DNA of 64,000 nucleotides from an uncultured Rickettsiales bacterium (GTDB lineage Bacteria; Pseudomonadota; Alphaproteobacteria; Rickettsiales; UBA1997): NCBI GenBank assembly GCA_944391075.1, contig CALXSG010000001.1, positions 6,381 to 70,380 of the forward strand, read 5' to 3'. Shown piece by piece: positions 1 to 8,012 of this stretch (position 1 is its first letter; each line of letters starts with the position of its first letter). The notes under the pieces were generated by a model. It saw only the letters and a program-made list of their open reading frames with translations, ran no database searches and was not told where the DNA came from. The position numbers and the translations under genes were made by a program.

Positions 1-50
1 TTGTTGAAGTATAGGAAGAGGTTTTAATGATTTATGCAATAAATATGAGT

Positions 51-78
51 AAACGCTACTAATTTCTTAGTAGCGTTT
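51..78. terminator. Stem-loop downstream of the 722-aa gene, possibly a bidirectional terminator
   Basis: Perfect 12-bp stem aaacgctactaa / ttagtagcgttt with loop tttc. It is one of the few GC-containing intergenic patches and lies 120 nt beyond the stop of the minus-strand ORF ending at 199. Confidence 0.45.
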
Positions 79-198
79 GTGATTGTAATTAAATTATAAT
101 ATATTATTATGATATTTTATACCAATATGTATCTGCCTTGTGGGAAGCATTGCATATTAGTATCTTCATCTTTTACTTCATCGAATTCTTTTTATTAT

Positions 199-2367
199 TT
201 ATTTAATTTTATACCAATTTGCATTGCCTGCTTTATCAACCATACATTGCATTCTATTTTTTCCAGTTATATCTTCCACAATAGCTGTATTTGTTACTTC
301 AAAGTCATAATCTCCCCAATCTACATCATTATTTACTGTAAATGGTTGTTTGCATTTATTTAATTCTTTACATTCATAAATCATTTTTATAATTCCATCA
401 CTATTAGTTTCCCATTGCCCACCAATTCCACATCTAATAGCAGGTCTATTATCAATTATACTTCCATCAGCAGCTCTAAATGTAGATAATGTATAATAAT
501 CAGCAATATTAGCATTTTTTGCAGGACTTACAATATTGTAAGGACAAATTGTATCAGCAAATGATAATTCTCCATATTTAGCTCGCGGAAATTTCATTGT
601 ATGAACTATTGTTTCATCTTTTGAAATTACACAAATTCTTATTTTTCCATGACTTCTCCTTATACCATTCCTACCACCGGAAGTATTAAAAATATTTGGC
701 TTAATATATCCAGAACCACCTCCACCACCACCGCACGTAATATTAATACTTGGATAATCAGCAGCTAACCCACATCCTTTTCTAAGATTATTAAAATTGC
801 TAGAGTATGATGAACATACAGTAGAACCACCAGCATAATAGCCTCCACCACCTCTCCAAGTTCCTCCGCCTTTTGATTTACATGTAACAGATGAGCCCTT
901 TTTAGTATACGTTTGACCACCTCCTAATGCAAATAAAGATTGTACATATTTAGAACCTTTTGCAGATTCGCCATTACTATTACCGCCTCCGCCATCTCCG
1001 CCATCTTCTGTACTTGTATCTTTTCCAGCAGAGGAACCACCGCCACCACCGGCAACAAGTATTCTACTGTTTAAACTAGCGTCATCATTCCAAGCTCCTT
1101 TGACAGTTCTAATATCTGATGCACCACCTCCGCTAGCTTCTTTTTTACCACAACCACCACCATTCCAAGCCGCAGCACCATTTCCTACTTCTATAAGCAC
1201 TCCATCTTCATCAATTTCACCTTCAATTATACTTGTTGAATTATTGCCTTTTTCACCCGGATAAAGATAAATAGTCCTACTTTCTAATATACCTAGTTTT
1301 TGTAAATTTTCGTCTGTTACCATAAATGTAGCATATGTATAACCACCTTTACCGCCTTTTGAATTATATTTAATATCTTTAATTGTATCGCCTTCTGAAT
1401 GTCCACCGCCAGCTCCCCATAACTCAATTTTAATTTGATCAGCATCTTCTGGAATAATATATTCATAAACTTTACCTATACTTGAACCATTAAACCATGG
1501 TTCCTTATTATTACGATATGTTCCAACCTTTTTAAACACAAACGTTTGACACTCTCTATTATCAACTTTAATATTATAATCTAATTCAATAGGTGGACAA
1601 TCAGGGTTTTCTACTCCTCCACCACCATTTCCGGCATTAAATGCATCATGAATATTATCTATATTTCTGTGATATTTTAAATATTTTTCATCATTTAAAT
1701 CAACTTTAAAGTCTTTTTCAGGAAGATTATTTACTTCTTTTGTAATAGTAGTAGTTGTTCCATCTTCATTGAAAATAGTTTGTTGAATTTCTCTTGAAAA
1801 AACATTATTCTGTCTATTATCAAATGCATATGCACCTTGTGTATTAGTATTACTTGATAGTAATAAGAATATTTCACCATCTTTTACATATTCATCAGAA
1901 ATAGTTGGATCTCTTGTTTCAGTATTTTGATTTATCAAGATATCTTTTAAAGCATTTTCTTGTGTTAATATATCAGGAACAATATATACTAGTTTATTTC
2001 CCCAATCATCAATAAGATAATTATTATCTAGTCCTAATGATAATGCTGGAACATTACCATAAAGTAATTTTTCTCCAACATCATTCTTAGATTCAAATAC
2101 TCCATTATTATCACTTATACATTCTTTATCTATATCTTTATCTTTTCTAAATTCTAAACCTAATATCTTCTCATCATATATATTATCATTATTACAACCT
2201 TCTAAGTCACAATCTAATGGAGCAGGACATGGTAATCTACCATTTCTTGCAAGATAACTTACTAATGCTGTATTAATAACTTTAAACTTATCTTCTGTAA
2301 TCTTAGTTCTTCTTTCAACATTACTTATATCATAATAACCTATTACAGCAGTCATAATAACTCCCAT
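199..2367 (-). CDS. Surface/secreted glycine-rich-domain protein (ALK/phage tail-fibre type Gly-rich domain) with a pilin-like N-terminal hydrophobic helix and a Cys/Trp C-terminal module. The true 5' end is probably upstream (see G10 tract).
   Basis: 722-aa ORF. Motifs seen: VYEYIIPEDADQIKIELWGAGGGHSEG, GGKGGYTY, WNGGGCG, GGGASDIRT, RILVAGGGGGS, ALGGGQTY, GGGGYYAGGS, CGGGGGGSGYI. N-terminus reads ..MGVIMTAVIGYYDISNVERRTKITEDKFKVINTALVSYLARNGRLPCPAP. C-terminus contains IRCGIGGQWETNSDGIIKMIYEC. Confidence 0.8.
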   Translation of the reverse strand: MGVIMTAVIGYYDISNVERRTKITEDKFKVINTALVSYLARNGRLPCPAPLDCDLEGCNNDNIYDEKILGLEFRKDKDIDKECISDNNGVFESKNDVGEKLLYGNVPALSLGLDNNYLIDDWGNKLVYIVPDILTQENALKDILINQNTETRDPTISDEYVKDGEIFLLLSSNTNTQGAYAFDNRQNNVFSREIQQTIFNEDGTTTTITKEVNNLPEKDFKVDLNDEKYLKYHRNIDNIHDAFNAGNGGGGVENPDCPPIELDYNIKVDNRECQTFVFKKVGTYRNNKEPWFNGSSIGKVYEYIIPEDADQIKIELWGAGGGHSEGDTIKDIKYNSKGGKGGYTYATFMVTDENLQKLGILESRTIYLYPGEKGNNSTSIIEGEIDEDGVLIEVGNGAAAWNGGGCGKKEASGGGASDIRTVKGAWNDDASLNSRILVAGGGGGSSAGKDTSTEDGGDGGGGNSNGESAKGSKYVQSLFALGGGQTYTKKGSSVTCKSKGGGTWRGGGGYYAGGSTVCSSYSSNFNNLRKGCGLAADYPSINITCGGGGGGSGYIKPNIFNTSGGRNGIRRSHGKIRICVISKDETIVHTMKFPRAKYGELSFADTICPYNIVSPAKNANIADYYTLSTFRAADGSIIDNRPAIRCGIGGQWETNSDGIIKMIYECKELNKCKQPFTVNNDVDWGDYDFEVTNTAIVEDITGKNRMQCMVDKAGNANWYKIK

Positions 2368-2552
2368 AATAAGTATAACTATACTTAATATTACAAGATT
2401 ATAACCTATTGTATTTGATATAAGATTTAAAGTTGAATTAAAACTATTATAATTATATTTTGAATTAAAATTTTTTGATTTAAAATTAGAATTATAATTG
2501 GTTAATTCTTCAAAATCAGTTTGATTGAAAGAATTAGAAGTTAAGAATTTGA

Positions 2553-2562
2553 GGGGGGGGGG
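2553..2562. repeat. G10 (C10 on the coding strand) homopolymer, a candidate slipped-strand phase-variation tract
   Basis: gaGGGGGGGGGGtaag read directly. This is the only long G/C homopolymer noticed in the window. It lies between ATG 2650/2611 and the in-frame 5' extension of ORF 199..2367. Confidence 0.9.
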
Positions 2563-2681
2563 TAAGTTTCTTAGCCAAATTTAGGCTATTTACTTCACAA
2601 CAATTGTTCATTGAACAATTATGTGATACACTCAAAATATTTATTTTCATAAATATAACCTATAATTATAAACGCATTATG

Positions 2682-2710
2682 AGTATATTTTAAAAAAGTT
2701 TAAAAATCAA
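2682..2710 (-). promoter_or_regulatory. Sigma-70-like promoter candidate for the 722-aa gene
   Basis: Minus strand reads TTGATT (2710-2705), a 17-nt spacer, then TATACT (2687-2682). It is followed by ...atAGGttatattt-ATG(2650). Such motifs arise by chance in AT-rich DNA. Confidence 0.3.
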
Positions 2711-2934
2711 GTAAATTTCAGATATTTAATGCTAAATACATAAAATATATCTAACTTTTTTAAAACAAAGGATAAAAAGATAATTAATCACAAATTACTG
2801 TACCGCCATTGCCTTTAATTGCGGCTTCGGCATTTTTAATTGATTTTTAGTAAAATTTATAATAGTTAATTAGAGAAATTATTAATATTTATATATTTAA
2901 TATTAATATTGTTTTTGCTAAATTATATATTTAT

Positions 2935-4104
2935 TTATTCTATTATAGTATCCACTGTACTTACTGTTGGATCTATAATAGGTGATTTATCATCCTTTGT
3001 TTCTGTATTTACATTTAATGTTTGTGTTGGATGAGCTAATTCAGCACCATTTTCTTTGATTATTTCTGTAATTTTTAATAAAACATCTTGTTTTATTTCA
3101 TAGAATCTCACAAATTCTGTTGTATTAGTAAAAGTATAAATTGTTAAAGCTAAACAACCATCGTATACATGTGTAAAATTAACATACATTTTATATTTCT
3201 TATTAATAGCAGGATGCTCTTTTAACATTTTTAAGATGCTATCGGTTATATTATTAACTTTATCATAATCACAAAATCTAACATATAAATTTTCTTTAAT
3301 TCTTCTAGATCTTAATCTACTTTTATTTTGAATAACAATTGTACCAAAAATAGAATTAGGTACATAAATTGGGTATTTCTCAAACGTCATAATTGTAGTT
3401 TGTCTCCAACCAATAGCTTCAACATCTCCCTCTATTTCTTTATCGGGTGAAGCTATCCAATCACCAACCATAAAAGGTTTATCTAAATAAATAACTAAAC
3501 CACCAAAAATATTTGTAAATAAATCTTTACCGGCAAAACCTACAAGAATACCTCCGGCACCACTAAATGCTAATAAAGCATTTAAATTAAAACCCATTTT
3601 TCCTAAGGCAAATATTGTCCATATGATTATAACTGAAACTTTTGATAATTTTTCTATTGCATCAATACCTGCATAGTCAGGGCTAGCAGAATATTTTTGC
3701 TTTTGCATAACATAATGTCTTTTTATTTGAGAAATACTTTTTAATAAAAATACTAAAACAGCTAAATATATAATAATATATTCAACTGTATTAGCCACTT
3801 TCATCATTTTTTCGTCTAATCTTTCTATTACTAAATTGCTACAAGTAACAAAACAATATAACCACATAAAGAATAAAATTGGTTTTTTTGCAGCTACAAC
3901 AGTACTATTATCAATTGCATTATTATTTTTTGAAAAATATTTAAAAATAGTAAACAATGCATATTTTATAAGTTTACTTGCAAAGAAAGTAAATAATATT
4001 AATGATAAAATTTGTATAGAAATTTTATAGTGAATACTCAAATTATCAAAAAATTTAAAATATGATTCAATTATTGCTTCCATCAAATTACTTCTCCATA
4101 TCAT
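2935..4104 (-). CDS. MscS-family small-conductance mechanosensitive channel
   Basis: GAGGILVGFAGKDLFTNIFGGLVIYLDKPFMVGDWI is a typical MscS pore-helix/beta-domain junction, preceded by several TM segments. An alternative start MEAII at 4083 would avoid overlap with trxB. Confidence 0.85.
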   Translation of the reverse strand: MIWRSNLMEAIIESYFKFFDNLSIHYKISIQILSLILFTFFASKLIKYALFTIFKYFSKNNNAIDNSTVVAAKKPILFFMWLYCFVTCSNLVIERLDEKMMKVANTVEYIIIYLAVLVFLLKSISQIKRHYVMQKQKYSASPDYAGIDAIEKLSKVSVIIIWTIFALGKMGFNLNALLAFSGAGGILVGFAGKDLFTNIFGGLVIYLDKPFMVGDWIASPDKEIEGDVEAIGWRQTTIMTFEKYPIYVPNSIFGTIVIQNKSRLRSRRIKENLYVRFCDYDKVNNITDSILKMLKEHPAINKKYKMYVNFTHVYDGCLALTIYTFTNTTEFVRFYEIKQDVLLKITEIIKENGAELAHPTQTLNVNTETKDDKSPIIDPTVSTVDTIIE

Positions 4105-5026
4105 TTTGAATCTCTAATGCAGCAACTGCACCATAACCAGCTGCTATAATACCTTGTTTAAATGGTTTGTTTACAACATCACCTGCTGCGTATACACCAG
4201 GTATATTTGTTCTACAACTATCTGGTGCTGTAATTATATAGCCATTCTCATCTAAATGTAAATTTGTGTCTTTAAAAAGTCCTGTAGCAGGAGCTTTGCC
4301 TATTGCAATAAAAATTCCATTAACATCAATTTCTGTTTCTTTTTCTGTTTTTATATTTAAAACTTTTATTTTATTGACAGCCTTAGGATTATCCGTACCC
4401 ATAATATCAATAACTTTGCTGTCCATAATGCATTCTATATTGGAAGATTTTTTAATTTTAGTTAATATATTATCAGCCATTCTAAAAGTATCCTTTCTGT
4501 GTATTAAATATACTTTACTTGCTATGTGTGATAGATGTAAAGCTTCAGTACCTGCTGATGAACCTCCACCAACTATGGCAACAACTTTTCCTTTATAAAA
4601 TGAACCATCACAAGTAGCACAAGCAGAAACGCCATAACCCATGAATTTTCTTTCGGATTCTAAGCCAAGCCATTTTGCAGTAGCACCTGTTGAAATAATT
4701 ACATAATTAGATATATAAATATCACCACTATCTAATGTACATTTGTATGGTTTTTGTGAAAAATCAACTTTTGAAACCTGATCATAAACAATGTCAACAC
4801 CTAAATTTCTACATTGTTCCATCATATTAACCATTAAATCAGTTCCTAAAATTGGTTTAGGAAAACCAGGGAAATTTTCAACTTCGGTTGTAGTAGTCAA
4901 TTGTCCACCTATTGAAGAACCGCTAATCATAGAAACTTTTAAATTACTTCTAGACAAATATATTGCAGCTGTATTGCCAGCTGGACCAGAACCAATTACA
5001 ACTACATCAACTTTTATTTCTGCCAT
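4088..5026 (-). CDS. trxB: Thioredoxin-disulfide reductase
   Basis: VVVIGSGPAGNTAAIY (FAD GxGxxG), the redox-active CATCDG motif, GGGSSAGTEALHL (NADPH site) and GVYAAGDV. Confidence 0.93.
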   Translation of the reverse strand: MAEIKVDVVVIGSGPAGNTAAIYLSRSNLKVSMISGSSIGGQLTTTTEVENFPGFPKPILGTDLMVNMMEQCRNLGVDIVYDQVSKVDFSQKPYKCTLDSGDIYISNYVIISTGATAKWLGLESERKFMGYGVSACATCDGSFYKGKVVAIVGGGSSAGTEALHLSHIASKVYLIHRKDTFRMADNILTKIKKSSNIECIMDSKVIDIMGTDNPKAVNKIKVLNIKTEKETEIDVNGIFIAIGKAPATGLFKDTNLHLDENGYIITAPDSCRTNIPGVYAAGDVVNKPFKQGIIAAGYGAVAALEIQNDMEK

Positions 5027-5127
5027 ACATTATAAATAAATTAAATCTAAGTAAAGATTAATAATAATTCTTTAAAATACAAGAAAATTCATAATGATAT
5101 TAATTAATTTATTTTAAATTTTTATTT

Positions 5128-5433
5128 CTTGTCTTTTATAAAATAATATGCAATTATTGAATTGAATAATTATTATGTGAACCCGTAATTATTTATAGTC
5201 TGAAAACTATACAAGAAGCGGTTAAGAATATTTTAGGAAATATTATGAAATTAAATATTATAATATTTAAAACCGATAAAAATAATAATGTGTTTTGTTA
5301 CTCCTATAACAAGACAACCGGAGGGTGTGGCTATGTCCAGAACTCCGGTTTAAAAACCACTGACTGTCTTCTTGCAGTATTTTCAGCCTCCGGTTCTTAG
5401 GGTTCAGAACCAAAGGTTAAGGATATAATATGA
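5128..5433 (+). repeat. Copy A of a ~306-bp inverted repeat with a GC-rich structured core (candidate ncRNA or mobile-element relic)
   Basis: Aligns without indels to the reverse complement of 56027..56331, with 28 mismatches in 306 by my hand alignment. The core acaagacaaccggagggtgtggctatgtccagaactccggtttaaaaaccactgactgtc...cctccggttcttagggttca is far more GC-rich than its surroundings. Confidence 0.9.
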
Positions 5434-5592
5434 AAAATGAACAAACTTTAAATAAAAATACATTATATAATCGATTTTTTAATACATATAATGAGATGCA
5501 ATATATCATAATTTCAACTTATAGTATATAATTATTATTGACAAACTAAAATTGTTTTTTATTATTAATAATAATTTAAAGTTGTATATAAT

Positions 5593-5769
5593 ATGTTATT
5601 AAGAAAAATACTTCTATTTTTAATAATATTGAGTCTAATATTGATCTTTGGTATTTATATTGTTTTATATATTAATAATTTTGATAAATTGTCATTATTT
5701 TCAAAAATATTTCATATAATACTTCTTGCTATGACTATAATACCATTTTTTATATTAAATGAAAAATAA
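5593..5769 (+). CDS. Possible small two-TM membrane peptide (58 aa)
   Basis: Hand translation gives MLLRKILLFLIILSLILIFGIYIVLYINNFDKLSLFSKIFHIILLAMTIIPFFILNEK*. It is too short for the supplied ORF track, and hydrophobic ORFs are easy to obtain in T-rich DNA. Confidence 0.2.
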   Translation: MLLRKILLFLIILSLILIFGIYIVLYINNFDKLSLFSKIFHIILLAMTIIPFFILNEK

Positions 5770-5773
5770 TTGA

Positions 5774-7618
5774 TTATATTTTCTTCATTAGAATTCTTAA
5801 TGAATTTAATATAGCTATTAAACATACTCCAACATCAGCAAATACAGCGCCCCATATACTTGCATGTCCCATTACACCTAAAAGCAGAATAGCAATTTTT
5901 ATACTAATAGAAAAGTATATATTTTCTTTTGCAATATTAATAGTTCGTTTTGATATTTTTATTGATTTAGCTAGACTTTCAAGGTTATCATTAATTATAA
6001 CTATATCAGCAGATTCTATTGCTACATCAGAACCAATATTACCCATGGCTATACCAATATCAGCTCTTGCTAATGCTGGTGCATCATTTATACCATCGCC
6101 AACAAATGATACCCTAATATTTTTATTGTTTTCCATAATATTTTCAAGTTTTTCAATCTTATCAGCTGGTAATAATTCACTATGAAATTCACTAAGATTT
6201 AATTGTGTTGCAACATTTTCCGCAACAGATTTTTTATCACCTGTTAGCATAATAGTTTTTTGTATGCCAATTTTGTATAAATCTTGAATGGCTTTTTTTG
6301 CATTAGATTTTATTTGATCGGCAATCACTAAATAACCTACATATTTATTGTTTATTGCCATATAAACTATTGTTCCAATTTTATTTATAGTTTCAAAATT
6401 TATATTAAATTTTTGCATTATTTTTTCATTACCAATATAAATTAAATCATTGTCAATTTTTGCTTCAATACCTTTTCCTTGAATTTCTTTAATATCTTTA
6501 ATTTTATTTAATTCTATATCTTTATTGTATTTATTTTTAATTGATTTAGCTATTGGGTGATTAGAATAATATTCTGCATAACTTGCATATTTTAAAAATT
6601 CTTCTTCTATAATATCTATATTATGTATTTCACTAACTTCAAACTTTCCCCTAGTAAGTGTACCAGTTTTATCAAAAACAAAATATTTAATCTTTGATAA
6701 TAATTCTAAAAAATTTCCACCTTTGACTAAAATGCCATATTTTGATGCTAACCCAATTCCAGCAAAAAAGCTTAAAGGAACAGAAATTACCAATGCACAA
6801 GGGCAAGATACTACTAAAAATACCATTGATCTATAAATCCATTTTGAAAATTCTTCATTTAATATAAATGGTGGTAATACAGCAATTAATACAGCCAAAC
6901 CAACAACTATTGGAGTATAAATTTTAGCAAATTTAGTAATAAAATGTTCTACTTTTGCTTTTTTATTTGTAGCATTTTCTATTAAATCTAATATTTTAGA
7001 TGCTGTTGATTCTGTATATTTTTTGCTAACTTTTACCTTTAATATATTTGATAAGTTAATACAGCCACTTAATATTTCATCTTTAATTTCTACTGACTGT
7101 GGCATAGATTCGCCGGTTAAGGCTGATGTATCAATATTTGATTGGCCTTCTACAATTATACCATCTAATGGTACTCTTTCACCGGGTTTTATAATTATAA
7201 TGTCATTAATATTAATTTCTTCGGGATTTACTTTTTCTATTTTTCCATTTTTTTCAATATTGGCATAATCAGCTTTAATATTAACAAGTTTAGAAATAGA
7301 TTTTCTAGAATTATTTACAGCATAACTTTGAAAAAACTCGCCTATTTGATAAAATAATATAATAGCAATAGCTTCTGTATATTCTCCTAAAAAGAATGCA
7401 ACAAAACTAGCAAGTACCATTAAAAAATTTTCGTCAAATATTTCACCACTTAAAATATTTTTAAAAGACTTTTCCAAAATTTCATAACCAACAATTAAAT
7501 AACTTAATATATAAAGCGATAATTTAGCATATAAATTAATTGGTGATAATATTGCAATAGTAAAAATTATTGAAGATATAATAATTTTTATTAATAGATT
7601 TTTTAATTTTTTATTCAT
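5774..7618 (-). CDS. Heavy-metal (Zn/Cd/Co or Cu type) translocating P1B-type ATPase
   Basis: SCPCALVISVP (CPC metal site), DKTGTLT (phosphorylation site), SNHPIAKSI (HP motif), MLTGD and GDGINDAPAL. There is no N-terminal HMA domain; that domain is encoded separately upstream. Confidence 0.92.
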   Translation of the reverse strand: MNKKLKNLLIKIIISSIIFTIAILSPINLYAKLSLYILSYLIVGYEILEKSFKNILSGEIFDENFLMVLASFVAFFLGEYTEAIAIILFYQIGEFFQSYAVNNSRKSISKLVNIKADYANIEKNGKIEKVNPEEININDIIIIKPGERVPLDGIIVEGQSNIDTSALTGESMPQSVEIKDEILSGCINLSNILKVKVSKKYTESTASKILDLIENATNKKAKVEHFITKFAKIYTPIVVGLAVLIAVLPPFILNEEFSKWIYRSMVFLVVSCPCALVISVPLSFFAGIGLASKYGILVKGGNFLELLSKIKYFVFDKTGTLTRGKFEVSEIHNIDIIEEEFLKYASYAEYYSNHPIAKSIKNKYNKDIELNKIKDIKEIQGKGIEAKIDNDLIYIGNEKIMQKFNINFETINKIGTIVYMAINNKYVGYLVIADQIKSNAKKAIQDLYKIGIQKTIMLTGDKKSVAENVATQLNLSEFHSELLPADKIEKLENIMENNKNIRVSFVGDGINDAPALARADIGIAMGNIGSDVAIESADIVIINDNLESLAKSIKISKRTINIAKENIYFSISIKIAILLLGVMGHASIWGAVFADVGVCLIAILNSLRILMKKI

Positions 7619-7630
7619 AAAAACACCTTT

Positions 7631-7846
7631 TTATATTATTTCAGCATCTGGTTCAATTTTTTTAATAATATTTTTAGATTTTTCTAAAATATTAGAAAAC
7701 TCTTCATCTTTTGCATCAAGTGTAAATTTTTCAGTTAAAAAATTAATAGAAACATCATTAACATTTTCTAATTGCTTTATTTTATCTTCCATTTTTAAAG
7801 CACAATTAGCACAATCAATACCTGTAATTTTAAAAACTTTTTTCAT
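7631..7846 (-). CDS. Heavy-metal-associated (HMA) domain metallochaperone, CopZ-like
   Basis: 71 aa with GIDCANCALKMEDKI (the CxxC of the HMA fold), 12 nt upstream of the P-type ATPase on the same strand. Confidence 0.8.
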   Translation of the reverse strand: MKKVFKITGIDCANCALKMEDKIKQLENVNDVSINFLTEKFTLDAKDEEFSNILEKSKNIIKKIEPDAEII

Positions 7847-8012
7847 AATTAATTAAATATTTAAATATATGTTTAATTGTAAATGAAATTTTTTATTTGT
7901 CAACACTTTTTCTTAATATAATTTTAAATTTTGATAATACATTATAATAAAATAAATATAGACATTTAAAAATAATTTTATATATTTATATTGTTTAAAT
8001 ATATCATTTTCT

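Noticed and set aside
1-27. Possible 3' end of a + strand gene at the window edge (..LLKYRKRF*)
   Set aside because: Only 8 codons are visible before a stop. That is too short to support a call, although the hairpin at 51-78 would fit a convergent terminator.
109-363. 84-aa + strand ORF from the track, overlapping the 3' end of the 722-aa gene
   Set aside because: It lies antisense to a well-supported long ORF and has a Cys/Phe/Ile-rich, low-complexity composition typical of shadow frames in AT-rich DNA. No start context is evident.
4266-5039. Track ORFs 4266..4598 and 4791..5039 (+), antisense to trxB
   Set aside because: Both are shadow ORFs inside a gene with unambiguous thioredoxin reductase motifs on the other strand.
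5185-5387. Diversity-generating retroelement (template/variable repeat) explanation for the clustered substitutions between repeat copies
   Set aside because: The mismatched positions involve all four bases in both copies (g/a, t/c, a/g, c/g, g/c, a/c, t/a ...) rather than adenine-specific changes. No reverse transcriptase gene is nearby.
5178-5406. Assigning the repeat core to a known housekeeping RNA (tmRNA, RNase P RNA, SRP/4.5S, 6S, tRNA-like)
   Set aside because: None of the hallmark sequences is present: GGAAAGTCCGGGC for RNase P, GGAAGCAGCC for SRP, or a tRNA-like T-arm plus CCA end for tmRNA. Two diverged copies would also be unexpected for those genes.
5529-5548. 19-nt identity (a)ttattattgacaaactaa shared between 5529-5548 and 41520-41539, both upstream of + strand ORFs and containing TTGACA
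   Set aside because: This may reflect a common strong -35 context, but a single ~19-nt AT-rich match within 64 kb of such biased sequence is about what chance allows by my rough estimate. It is not enough to call a regulatory motif.
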